A stretch of DNA of 64,000 bases from Eledone cirrhosa (taxonomy: Eukaryota), in NCBI GenBank assembly GCA_964016885.1, contig OZ024766.1:10416001-10480000 (forward strand). Reading direction: 5' to 3'. Numbering within the stretch: position 1 is the stretch's first letter; each line of letters begins with the position of its first letter. Both the position numbers and the translations under genes were made by a program. The notes below the pieces were generated by a model. That model was not told the DNA's origin and searched no databases. It saw only the letters and a program-made list of their open reading frames with translations. Below, one piece after another: positions 12,720 through 24,994 of the stretch.

Positions 12720-12950
12720 CCAGACATACAGACAGATATTATAAGGGCGCGACGTTATATGTATCTATCTAAAAAGAAAGACTAAGAATTATAGAGAGAG
12801 ATCACTAAATCGCCTAATTTGAAATATTTTTGTTCAAAACAGTCACACGGCCATAAGTATTACATGTGTAAAATTTGAAAACAATCGGTTGGGTAGTTCT
12901 CGAGTTTTAGGGAGTCAGACAGACATTCTCTATTTTAGATATATAGATAA
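12720..12950 (+). mobile_element. Non-autonomous Helitron-like repeat (second copy ~33000-33240)
   Basis: Shared cagacatacagacagatattataaggg...aaatttgaaaacaatcggtt...gacagaca; classification is inferred. Confidence 0.5.
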
Positions 12951-13244
12951 GCCGACTAACTCACTCGATATGCAAATTAGATTGCTCAGCCGTTAATATG
13001 CATAAGGAATAATACGGCTAATAATTCAGGCTGTTTGTTTACAAACAAACCGAACATTATAATAAATGTTTAGTAAACCCATACGTACATATATATATGT
13101 GTGCATGTATGTATGTATATACATACTACTGTACGCCTGTATACATATATGTATGTACGTATACATACTTATATTTAAGCATCAGCTGTACTAAGAGTGA
13201 GAAATGAAATTTCATCTTTTCCATTTACCAGTGTATATATATTT

Positions 13245-14110
13245 CCGCCTGGAAACTGTTCAGAGACGTGCAACCAAGAGAATACCCTCCATCAGGCATC
13301 TACCATACTCTGAATGCCTTGCTGCCCTGGGCATGGATACATTGAAGCTCCAATGCCTGGCAACTGACTTGGTAAACACCCACAAGATTATTAACCATCT
13401 TGCCAACAACAACTCTGAGTACCTTTTTGATTCCCATGTGTCTAACACACATGGGCATGCCAACAAAGTCAGAAAACAGCACAGTTCCCATGACTTTCGG
13501 AAACATTTTTTCACGCTCAGAGTTGCTGAAGCATGGAACAAACTACCTGCATCGGTTGTTAGCTGGCGAGAGACTGCATCCTTTAAAACCTCCATGGAAC
13601 AAACTACCTGCATCGGTTGTTAGCTGGCGAGACACTGCATCCTTTAAAACCTCCATGGAACAAACTGCCTGCATCAGTTGTTAGCTGTCGAGACACTGCA
13701 TCCTTTAAAACCTCCATGGAACAAACAACCTGCAACAGTTGTTAGCTGTCGAGACACTGCATCCTTTAAAACCTCCATGGAACAAACTGCCTGCATCAGT
13801 TGTTAGCTGTCGAGACACTGCATCCTTTAAAACCTCCATGGAACAAACTACCTGCATCAGTTGTTAGCTGTTGAGACACTGCATCCTTTAAAACCTCCAT
13901 GGAACAAACTCCTTACATCAGTTGTTAGCTGTCGGGACACTGCATCCTTTAAAACCTCCATGCTTCCCGAAATTCGCCAACACTACACCTAATGTTCCCC
14001 CTCCATACACATACACACATGTATATCATGACTCATACACTATTCACTTCCCTGACATTTGTATATTATTCTATGTACTATACATGCACCTTTGATGAGT
14101 TGTAGTGTAA
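13245..14110 (+). mobile_element. CR1-clade LINE 3' end with 7 x 61-bp tandem repeat
   Basis: LETVQRRATKRIP...RKHFFTLRVAEAWNKLP; repeat starts at 13532, 13593 ... 13898. Confidence 0.9.
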
Positions 14111-14219
14111 CTTTGCCTTTCATCCTTACGGGGGTCGATAAAATAAAGTACCAGTAATTGCTGGCCTTGTGCCAAAAGTAGAAACAATTATTATATATAT
14201 ATATAAACAAATAAAAACA

Positions 14220-14378
14220 CCGCGCATGCGCATTTGTGGCCGGATATTTTGCGCATGCGTAATTGAAGTACCTCTGTTTAGTAAAACTAAAATGGCCGCT
14301 GGAAAAAGTCGATGTTTTCTAAGCTGAATGAAAAAAACGTTAAAAACTCGGATTTTACCATTTTTCTGGAGGTAAAGT
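14220..14378 (+). promoter_or_regulatory. Candidate promoter / first exon
   Basis: Two GCGCATGCG (NRF-1-type) palindromes near 14222 and 14251, YY1-type AAAATGGCCGC near 14290, donor-like gag|gtaaag near 14372. Confidence 0.4.
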
Positions 14379-14419
14379 AAAGTTTTATTGAAACATTTTC
14401 TCTTTATTTCCCTCCATTT

Positions 14420-15565
14420 TGTCAGGAATAATTATTTAAACGATAGTTTAGCTACGGTGACACCTCCACGTTTGTTTGTTTATATACTACAGTAGGTATA
14501 TATATATACATACACTCTTATATAGGTATATATACACTTATATACTTCTGATGTATTATATATACACTTATATAGGTATATATATATACACTACTTTAGA
14601 TATATATATATTTCTGATGTATTATATATACACTTATATAGGTATATATACACTTATATACTTCTGATGTATTATATATACACTTATATAGGTATATATA
14701 TATACACACTACTTTAGATATATATATACTTCTGATGTATTATATATACACTTATATAGGTATATATATATATATACACTACTTTAGATATATATATATT
14801 TCTGATGTATTATATATACACTTATATAGGTATATATATATACACACTACTTTAGATATATATATATTTCTGATGTATTATATATACACTTATATACAAT
14901 GACAGGAATAAATATTTAAACGAAAGTTTAGCTACGGTGACATCTCCACGTTTGTTTGTTTACAACACCTCCACTGATGTCAGACTATATATTATATACA
15001 CTTATATAGGTATATATACACTACTGTAGGTATATATACTACTGATATATTATATACACTTATATAGGTATATATACACTACTGTAGGTATATATACTAC
15101 TGATATATTATATACACTTATATAGGTATATATACACTACTGTAGGTATCTCCACGTTTGTTTGTTTACAACACCTCCACTGATATATTGTATATACACT
15201 ACTATAGGTATATATATACTTCTGATATATTATATACACTGTTGTAGATATATATACACTTCTAATATATACTTATATGCAATGTCAGGAATAATTATTT
15301 AAACAATAGTTTAGCTACGGTGACATCTTAACGTTTGTTTGTTTATATACAACATCTTCACTGATCTCACTAATATATTATATATATATATATATACACT
15401 TCTGATATATATACACTACTAATATTATATACTACTATATATATATATTTACAATACAGCATCTCCACCGATCTCACTAATGTTATATATATATATATAT
15501 ACTACTTTAGGTATATATATATATACACTTCTATATATATACACATATATATATATATACACTTC
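14420..15565 (+). repeat. Complex AT-rich minisatellite region
   Basis: Repeated tttagctacggtgacatctccacgtttgtttgttta blocks mixed with TA-rich 40-65-bp units. Confidence 0.8.
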
Positions 15566-15667
15566 TTAATAAATTTGATTAATTTATATTAAAATTGAAT
15601 AAAGTGTTTATTCCATGTTTCATCTGTGTTTATATATTCAAAATGTTTTCCTTTAACTTATCTCAGT

Positions 15668-15925
15668 ATATTAGGACTTATACTTGAGTCTTTGAGGGCC
15701 TTATACGTGAGTCTTTGGGACATTAGGCCTTATACTTGAGTCTTTGGTACATTAGGCCTTATACTTGAGTCTTTGGGGCATTAGGCCTTATACTTGAATC
15801 TTTGGTACATTAGGCCTTATACTTGAGTCTTTGGGGCATTAGGCCTTATACTTGAGTCTTTGGTACATTAGGCCTTATACTTGAGTCTTTGGGGCATTAG
15901 GCCTTATACTTGAGTCTTTGGGACA
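15668..15925 (+). repeat. 29-bp tandem repeat (~9 copies), alternating 58-bp dimer
   Basis: cattaggccttatacttgagtctttg followed alternately by gta and ggg. Confidence 0.92.
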
Positions 15926-18504
15926 TACAATCAAGAGTTGTCCTGCACACCGCTGGTTATTAAAGTCTATAAATTGTTGCGTTAGAAATTCTGTTTCTGT
16001 TTGGGTTTTTTTAAATGTATTTTGAACAAATTAATCTTTCGACATTATTCAGACAACTAAAATCTTTTTTTCTTCTAAAATTACATAAGTTTTTGCTTGT
16101 TTTACCTGTAAATTTTGGAGGTGGATATTATACCCACCTCGCCTTTTTCACACTTTCAAAAACACTCATTTCATATAGATTATTTTTGCAAGTGTCGAAA
16201 AAAAATCTTTTTTTAAAAATTATTTTGCTCCAGAACACAACACACAACCCAGTCTGGGAATCGAACCTACAACATTATGATCATAAGTCCACTTTTAAAG
16301 ATAAAGAAAATAGAACTAAACTATTTCTCTCTCTATATATATATACACACATAAAGGTATATACATTTAGTTACCTCTTCTATGAAACTAAACTAAGCCA
16401 TCTCGACACTGTTCTCAGATATATAACTCCACACACACCTACAGATACATTCTGTTATCTCTCTATATATATATCTGTCTGGGAATCGAACCCACAACAT
16501 TATGACTGTAAGTCCACTATGCACCTCAGTGGACTTTATGAAATCGTATGGTGGACTTTTCAGATTTCTTTCAAGATCGTTATTAAAGTCTATCAATTGT
16601 TGTGTTAGAAGTTCTGGGTTTTTAAAAAATGTATTTTGAACAAATCATCTTTTTAAACACTGGCATGTTTTCGCTCGTCGTCTCAACCCCTAATCTGTGA
16701 ACCTCACAAATCCCACTGTCGTGGATGTAAGGTGCTGGACACCAGGCTTCCATTCCCAGCTCTTAGATAAATGTTGTGGGACAATTTATATACATTCTTG
16801 GTTTCCTTTCTTTTTTTTTTAGACACTTCTACATTCTTACTTTCTCTTTAAACACTTGGACCACCATCTGGTATGTCTTCTCTCGTCCTCTCAACCCCAC
16901 ATCGGGGTTTTCCCTAATCTGTGAACCTCACAAATCCCACTGTCGTGCACTTAAGGTCCTGGCCACCAGGCTCCCCTTCCCTGCTCGATCGGGCGGCTTC
17001 ATCGCGGGGGGTAGGCCCTTCATCTTGGCATGTTTTCTTTTTTTCGTTTCTCATTTTTGAAACTTTATTTACATTCTTAGTTTTCCGACACTTTCAAAAA
17101 AATACATTTCATATAGATTTTGACCAGCAACCATCTGTTATGTTTTCTCTCGTCCTCTCAACCCCACATCGGGGTTTACTCTAATCTGTGGACTTATGGT
17201 GCTGGCCACCAGGTTTCCCTTCCCAGCTCGATCGGCGAGCTTGACAATCATCGCGAGGGTAGGCCCCTAGATAGATGTTTTTGGACACTTCATATACATT
17301 CTTGGTTTCTTTCTTTTTAGACACCTCACTTACATTATGTTTTAAAACACTTCATATTTTTTAGACACTTCAACATTCTTAGTTTCTTTTAAACACTGGC
17401 ATGTTTTCAATTGTCCTCTCAACTCCACTTCTGGCTTTCCCTTATCTGTGAACTTAAAGTGCTTGTCACCAGGCTTCCCTTCCCAGCTTGACAATCATCG
17501 CGGGGGTAGGCCCTTCATATGGGTATGTTGTGACACCTTCTCTAGCGGCAACCTGCCAAAGTATTGGCCGCTCTCTGATGGCGCCCGGACCACATCTCTA
17601 TTACCTATAAGTAGTTTTAATAAGAAATATTTGACAAACGTCAGAACAGGTTTCCTTGTTTCTGTATATATATATGTACATATATAATTTTTAACGGAAT
17701 TTCACTATATATATACGCATGTAAATATTTATACATGTTTTTATACGCGTATATATTGTAAGAATTTTATAAAGTTCTAAGTATATATATATCCTTATGT
17801 GTATTTATATATATATTATAGTAAAAGACAAAGCTGGAAGAATTTTAGAAAGTTAAATTTTTTTATTGACAATGTACATAAATGACTGTTCATAGTTTTT
17901 CTTATTTCATCTTTCTTACAGATGCCCAGCCTTCTCGGTCAGATGCTGTGTTTGCTGCAACCACTGAAGGTTTTCGTTGTGAAAGTATTTACAAGTCCAA
18001 GTTTCCTGAACAGTGATGAAGTGTCTGTTAATAAAAGAAATATTTAAATATTATTTGCGAATTGTATGAATAAAGTTTTTGTTAATAAAAAAAATCTTTA
18101 AACTTTATTTACGAGTTGTGTTCAGTTTATTTGACAAAAAAAGATGAGCTTTTAGCCTCATAAACAAAGTTTCTGTTAATAAGAAATCTTTGCTTATTAT
18201 ATACGAGTTGGATTAATATTTTGACAAAAGAAATCAGCTTCAAGACATATAAATGGCTCTCGTCTTTAAAAGAAATTCCGGCTGTCTAAAACCTCCATCG
18301 CAATAAATTATAATAAAGGAGTAAATTCTCTCGAGAAAATACGGTCATATTTTTTCTCATTAAAGGAAAAGGCGTCTTTTTTTTTTTTTATTCAAGGGAG
18401 GTAACTCTTTAAAAGTATGAATTGTCTCCCTTGGAGTTTTTAAAAGTAAGTGCTGAAGGGAGGTAACTCTTTCAAAGTATGAGTTGTCTCCCTTGAATAA
18501 TAAG

Positions 18505-18740
18505 AATCTAAATGAAGTGTCTAAAAAGAAATTAAGAATGTGGATGAAGTGTCTAAAAAATAAAAAGAAACTAAATGAAGTGTCTAAAAAGAAATTAAGA
18601 ATGTAGATGAAGTGTCTAAAAAAAAAAAAAGAAACTAAGAATCTAAATGAAGTGTCTAAAAGAAACTAAGTGATGTGTCTAAAAAGAAATTGAGAATCTT
18701 AGTGAAGTGTCTAGAAAGAAAGAATCTAAATGAAGTGTCT
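18505..18740 (+). repeat. Degenerate 30-40-bp repeat gaagtgtctaaaaagaaa
   Basis: ~7 copies; inverted relatives near 16800-16850 and 17280-17390. Confidence 0.8.
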
Positions 18741-18749
18741 ATAAAAAAA

Positions 18750-20400
18750 AAAAAAAATCTATATGAAATGAGTGTTTTTGAAAAGTCGAAAAAAAAATCT
18801 ATATGAAACGGGTGTTTTTGAAAAGTCGAAAAAAAAATCTATATGAAATGAGTGTTTTTGAAAGTGTCAAAAAAAAATCTATATGAAACGGGTGTTTTTG
18901 AAAGTGTCAAAAAAAAATCTATATGAAACGGGTGTTTTTGAAAAGTCGAAAAAAAAATCTATATGAAACGAGTGTTTTTGAAAGTGTCAAAAAAAAATCT
19001 ATATGAAACGGGTGTTTTTGAAAAGTCGAAAAAAAAATCTATATGAAATGAGTGTTTTTGAAAAGTCGAAAAAAAAATCTATATGAAATGAGTGTTTTTG
19101 AAATGTCGAAAAAAAAATCTATATGAAATGAGTGTTTTTGAAAAGTCGAAAAAAAAATCTATATGAAACGGGTGTTTTTGAAAAGTCGAAAAAAAAATCT
19201 ATATGAAACGGGTGTTTTTGAAAAGTCGAAAAAAAAATCTATATGAAATGAGTGTTTTTGAAAGTGTCAAAAAAAAATCTATATGAAATGAGTGTTTTTG
19301 AAAGTGTCAAAAAAAAAATCTATATGAAACGGGTGTTTTTGAAAAGTCGAAAAAAAAATCTATATGAAATGAGTGTTTTTGAAAGTGTCAAAAAAAAATC
19401 TATATGAAACGGGTGTTTTTGAAAGTGTCAAAAAAAAAATCTATATGAAACGGGTGTTTTTGAAAAGTCGAAAAAAAAATCTATATGAAATGAGTGTTTT
19501 TGAAAAGTCGAAAAAAAAATCTATATGAAATGAGTGTTTTTGAAATGTCGAAAAAAAAATCTATATGAAATGAGTGTTTTTGAAAAGTCGAAAAAAAAAT
19601 CTATATGAAATGAGTGTTTTTGAAATGTCGAAAAAAAAATCTATATGAAATGAGTGTTTTTGAAAAGTCGAAAAAAAAATCTATATGAAATGAGTGTTTT
19701 TGAAATGTCGAAAAAAAAATCTATATGAAATGAGTGTTTTTGAAAAGTCGAAAAAAAAATCTATATGAAATGAGTGTTTTTGAAATGTCGAAAAAAAAAT
19801 CTATATGAAATGAGTGTTTTTGAAAAGTCGAAAAAAAAATCTATATGAAATGAGTGTTTTTGAAATGTCGAAAAAAAAATCTATATGAAATGAGTGTTTT
19901 TGAAAAGTCGAAAAAAAAATCTATATGAAATGAGTGTTTTTGAAAGTGTCAAAAAAAAATCTATATGAAACGGGTGTTTTTGAAAGTGTCAAAAAAAAAA
20001 TCTATATGAAACGGGTGTTTTTGAAAAGTCGAAAAAAAAAATCTATATGAAACGAGTGTTTTTGAAAAGTCGAAAAAAAAATCTATATGAAACGAGTGTT
20101 TTTGAAAGTGTCAAAAAAAAATCTATATGAAACGGGTGTTTTTGAAAAGTCGAAAAAAAAAATCTATATGAAACGAGTGTTTTTGAAAGTGTCAAAAAAA
20201 AATCTATATGAAACGGGTGTTTTTGAAAAGTCGAAAAAAAAATCTATATGAAATGAGTGTTTTTGAAAGTGTCAAAAAAAAATCTATATGAAACGGGTGT
20301 TTTTGAAAAGTCGAAAAAAAATCTATATGAAACGGGTGTTTTTGAAGAGTCGAAAACAAATTCTATATTAAATTAGTGTTTTTGAAAAGTCGAGAAGAAG
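18750..20400 (+). repeat. 40-bp satellite (~41 copies) with phased A/T tracts
   Basis: aaaaaaaatctatatgaaatgagtgtttttgaaaagtcg, period 40-41. Confidence 0.97.
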
Positions 20401-23229
20401 AATTCCATGTGAAATGCGTTCAAAATGTCCAGAATAAATCTATTTGAAAAGTCGAAAAATCAAAATGAATTCTTAAAATCAAGGGAGGTAAAATCCAAGG
20501 GGAGATAATCGAGGTTTTTTTTAGCAAAAAAATTCTCCGAGGTGGTCTGGGACGGGCCAGTATCTACGTACCGGCCCAGACAGTCCCAGGCCCTTTTAGC
20601 AGTCGCACGCCACTACGAAACGAACGTCAGTCACTGGGACCGGCGATACGAGACGCAGCTCGCGCGCCACCTCGAAGGCCGCAATTCTACTGAGTTCCAA
20701 ACACATACTTATGGGTACTTTTCACAATTTTTGTTTAAAAAAAAATAAACGAAACGAAGGGAGGTAATTTGGGGTTCTGAGTAGAGATATTTCTACAAGA
20801 AACTTATTAGCGCATTGGTGGTACTGTGACGATGAAGGATTCGACCTCTGAACCTTTTTGTCTCTATAAATTATGAAATTATATTCATAAAAAATATCGT
20901 CTTCAGACCAACGCACTAACAAGTTTCTCATGAAAATCTCTATTCCGAACGAATTACCTCCATTCATTTCGTTTATATTTTTTTCTTCAATAAATAATTA
21001 AAAATATAGATTACTTACCTCTGTACTGACGCCAGGACCGCTACATTTAAGACATTTATTAGGAAGATATATATATATACATATGCCGTCCCAGGGCCAC
21101 AAGAAACCAGACTGCCCAACATATATATATATACACACATATGTACATAACTATATAAATATATACAAACATAACTATATATATATATACACACATATGT
21201 ACATATATATATATACAAACATAACTATATATATATACAAACATAACTATATAAATATATACAAACATAACTATATAAATATATACAAACATAACTATAT
21301 ATATATATATATACACACATATGTACATATATATATACAAACATAACTATATATATATATACACACATATGTACATATATATATACAATCATGAAAATCT
21401 CTATTCCGAACGAATTACCTCCATTCATTTCGTTTATATTTTTTCCTCAAATGAATAATTAAAATTAAAGATTACTTACCTCCGTATAGACGCCAGGACC
21501 GCTACATTTATTAGGAAGACACATATAGACATTTAAACTTTAACCTGCTATTTTAATAAGTATTTTCTCAACGGTTTCATATATATTATCCTTATCGAAC
21601 CCTCTTCGGGTTTTAGCCTTCATATTTACTCTCTATCTATATACTAGGTGGGCCTGTATCCCTAACCCTAAACAGGCCATGACCCGTGGGTGTTGGATCG
21701 CACAGAAGAAACCAGATTGCCCAACATATATATACAAACACACATCACACATATATATATATATACACACAAACACATATGTATACATGCATATATATAT
21801 GTATACATGAATATATATACATATATATATGTATATGTACATACACATGTGTTTATACATGTATATGTACATATACGTATACATGCACATATATACACAT
21901 ACACGTGTATATATATATGTACGTATACATGCATATATATGTAAATCCACATATATATATATATACACATACATATATGTACACACACGTGTATATGTAC
22001 GTATACATGCATATATATGTAAATCCACATATATATATATACACACAAATTCAAGTAGAAGATGTGATATATAGAAGAAACCAGATTGCCCAACATATAT
22101 ATACAAACACACATATATATATATACACACAAACACATATGTATACATGCATATATATATATGAATATATATACATATGTACATACACATGTGTTTATAC
22201 ATGTATATGTACATATACGTATACATGCACATATATACATATATGTACATACACGTGTATATATATATGTACATATGCGTATATGTACATACACGTGTAT
22301 ATATACATATGTACGTATACATGCATATATATGTAAATCCACATATATATATATACACACAAATTCAAGTAGAAGATGTGATATATATTAAAAAATGCTT
22401 TAATCAAAGGTAAGCGTGCTCAATGCTTTAAATCATTATATTAAACAGTGAAGTGGAGCTAATGCAAAAGATCGGAGCAGAAAGATAATAAACAGTCTAC
22501 AAATGATGTCACAAAAGGAAGAAGGATAAACTATATTATATATAAGAAACCACAAACCCGATAATACTGCAGAATAACGTGCTCAAAGTAGTTAATAGTA
22601 TAATCCGTAGCTGTGTTGGCTGTTTAACGTTCAACCAATATTTTTTTAACAAAGGGAGACAAGTCAAGGGGAGATAAGTCACAGACTCATAATTAACTCT
22701 TTAGCATTTAAACATATATATATATATACAATTGTTTCTATTTTAGGCACAAGGCCAGCAATTACCCAGTCCATTACTTTATCGACCCCGTAAGGATGAA
22801 AGGCAAAGTTAACATATATATATATATATAATGCAGAACGGATAATGCTTGTGTAAGCTTTGGCTGTGGCCAAACAAAGCCGACCTACAATAAGGAATGA
22901 GTAGCAAAGCACTCAATAAGGGTAGGTGTTTAGAGTAATAACATTACGTTTAAATAGCTTGACAAATTGAAAATTGCGGTAGGCAAAACCCAACCATACA
23001 GTACCAAAACAACGAAAGAACTAATCAGGTTAAAACAACAGACCTGGACAGATCGAACGATATTCTGCAATACCTCCGATATGGTTTTATGAATCCGAAA
23101 TCATCAACCCCACTTACGTAACACGCAAGCTTGTGGTATTCCATGATCGAACAGGGGACTTATTTCATCGACAGTCATATGTATATATATACACATATAT
23201 ATAAAATTAGAAATATAAGCTATCGCCGT

Positions 23230-24490
23230 ATTAGGCTAAATAATTTCTCACACCTGCGGCTGGCCAGCTCAGCGCCTATAGGGGTGAGTAAGGAGGTAGC
23301 CCTGGGGCCGAGGACACCAGGGGTACGACCGCAAACCTGTCGGAGAGCGACCGGTATTTGAGGAGTTTGGCCCCCTCAGCACGACGTGCAGCAGAACCTG
23401 GGACAGGTTGCGGCTGCAGAAAGTGGAATCCCAGACGAGGGGTTTGCCACCGCGGAACGGGAAGATGGTCTGCCGTCCCCTCGATCCAGCCCAACCGGTT
23501 CGAGCTGGGAAGGGAAGCCATGCTTAATGACCTCGTTGAGGGCAGCATGGCGTGGAATGCGGCCGGCACTGTGGCGACAGGAAAGCGGGTGGAGGCCGAA
23601 ATAGTCCACGGTGGAACCGCAGCGACATTGGTGTGGCTGGCAGATCCGGAGGCCGAGACTCAGGGAAACGCCGATTCGCAGGCTATGGTTGTCTAGCTGC
23701 GTGCCAGAGGAGGGCAGGGCATGGAGCCAGGCACCACTATGGGGTTTGGAGGCCGCACGAAAGCAAGCAAGGCGGTGCTGGTATAGCTGGCGCGTGAGCC
23801 TGTCTGAGGCCAGGCTGCACTGGATGGCATCCCAAGTGCGTTGGGGGGACTTGACGTCAACAGGGGGAGAAGGGACGTCTACTGGGCTAAGTCGCAGGGC
23901 TCACAGGCAGCTTCACGTTCTCTGAACACAGAGGGTTCTGTTGTGTCTTGAAGAACCCTGCTGACGAGGACGCGGCACAAGGTTGCCGGCAAAGCTAGTA
24001 AGATCAGGGACCGGACAGGTAAAGTGGCCTGTCGTCAAACATGACGTTGCATATACCCTAGGCTGCTGCTCGGATACAAGTATCGAGGAGAGAAGATGTC
24101 TGGGTGTAGCATGGAGCGCTGCGGAGTGTATAGAGGAGCTTCGGCATGGCGAAGCAGTTCCTCAGCAGAAAGACAGCTGGGTGGCCGTCAATCAAGCCCA
24201 GTCGGCTCGTGAGAGTCTGGAGCTGTTGAAGCCTGGAGCTGATGGTGTAGTGGGTGGATGGGAGACCCGAGGATGAGAACATCCTCTTTGGCAGTCACCT
24301 GAAGCTGGCGGAGAATTGACCGCCCAACGTAGCATCGTCCAGATACCAAACGTTGAGAGGGGCCGTGATACTCCGGGCGATGTGGTCAATACCAAGGGCG
24401 AACAGCAGGGGTCCCAAAGAGTCGCCCTGTTGGACTCCAGTAGCCGAGAGTATGACCGTATCACCAGCTAGGAGCATGCTCGGGGCTCCA
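23230..24490 (-). mobile_element. Degraded, 5'-truncated CRE-like non-LTR retrotransposon (RT, Cys/His knuckle, restriction-like endonuclease)
   Basis: GVQQGDSLGPLLFALGI...WYLDDATL; downstream GLHPLSCRHSAGRIPRHAALN, EPVGLDRGDGR, GKPLVWD; frameshifts. Confidence 0.8.
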
Positions 24491-24994
24491 TATATTATAA
24501 TTACATGTTTCATTGCTGATCGGCAGTGAAACATATGTAATTAAATATATATATATAACGAAGGAAGTGTGGTAAGGAACCAGGTGGACCATAACGCACC
24601 AAAGTACTCAATACTTTGGGTAATAGGAAAATGTTCCTATATATATATACATATATACTCTCTTGAGTTCCCAAAATAACCGACAACCCAAACATGCACA
24701 GGTTGTACTGGGTTATATGTTACCAGTAGCGCTGAAGAGCGACCTGACAAGTATATTATATACATATACACACGTATATAGATATACATATATGTATATA
24801 TATATACAAATATACATATAGATATATACACACATACATACATGTATATATACATACACATATTTTAAACACTTCCTATAAATTTTTATTGTTGAAGGTA
24901 GACTATCTATATTTGGAGAGAATTACCTCCCTTACCATATACACTTTTTTTACGACTTTCACACTCATTTCATATATATATTTTTTTGTTAAGA

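Noticed and set aside
12950-13080. Octamer and forkhead motif cluster
   Set aside because: Short AT-rich motifs are expected by chance here; no independent support.
21015-22413. Many YI/CV-rich ORFs (also 42272-42969, 45854-46781, 63050-63958)
   Set aside because: (TA)/(CA) microsatellite translations.
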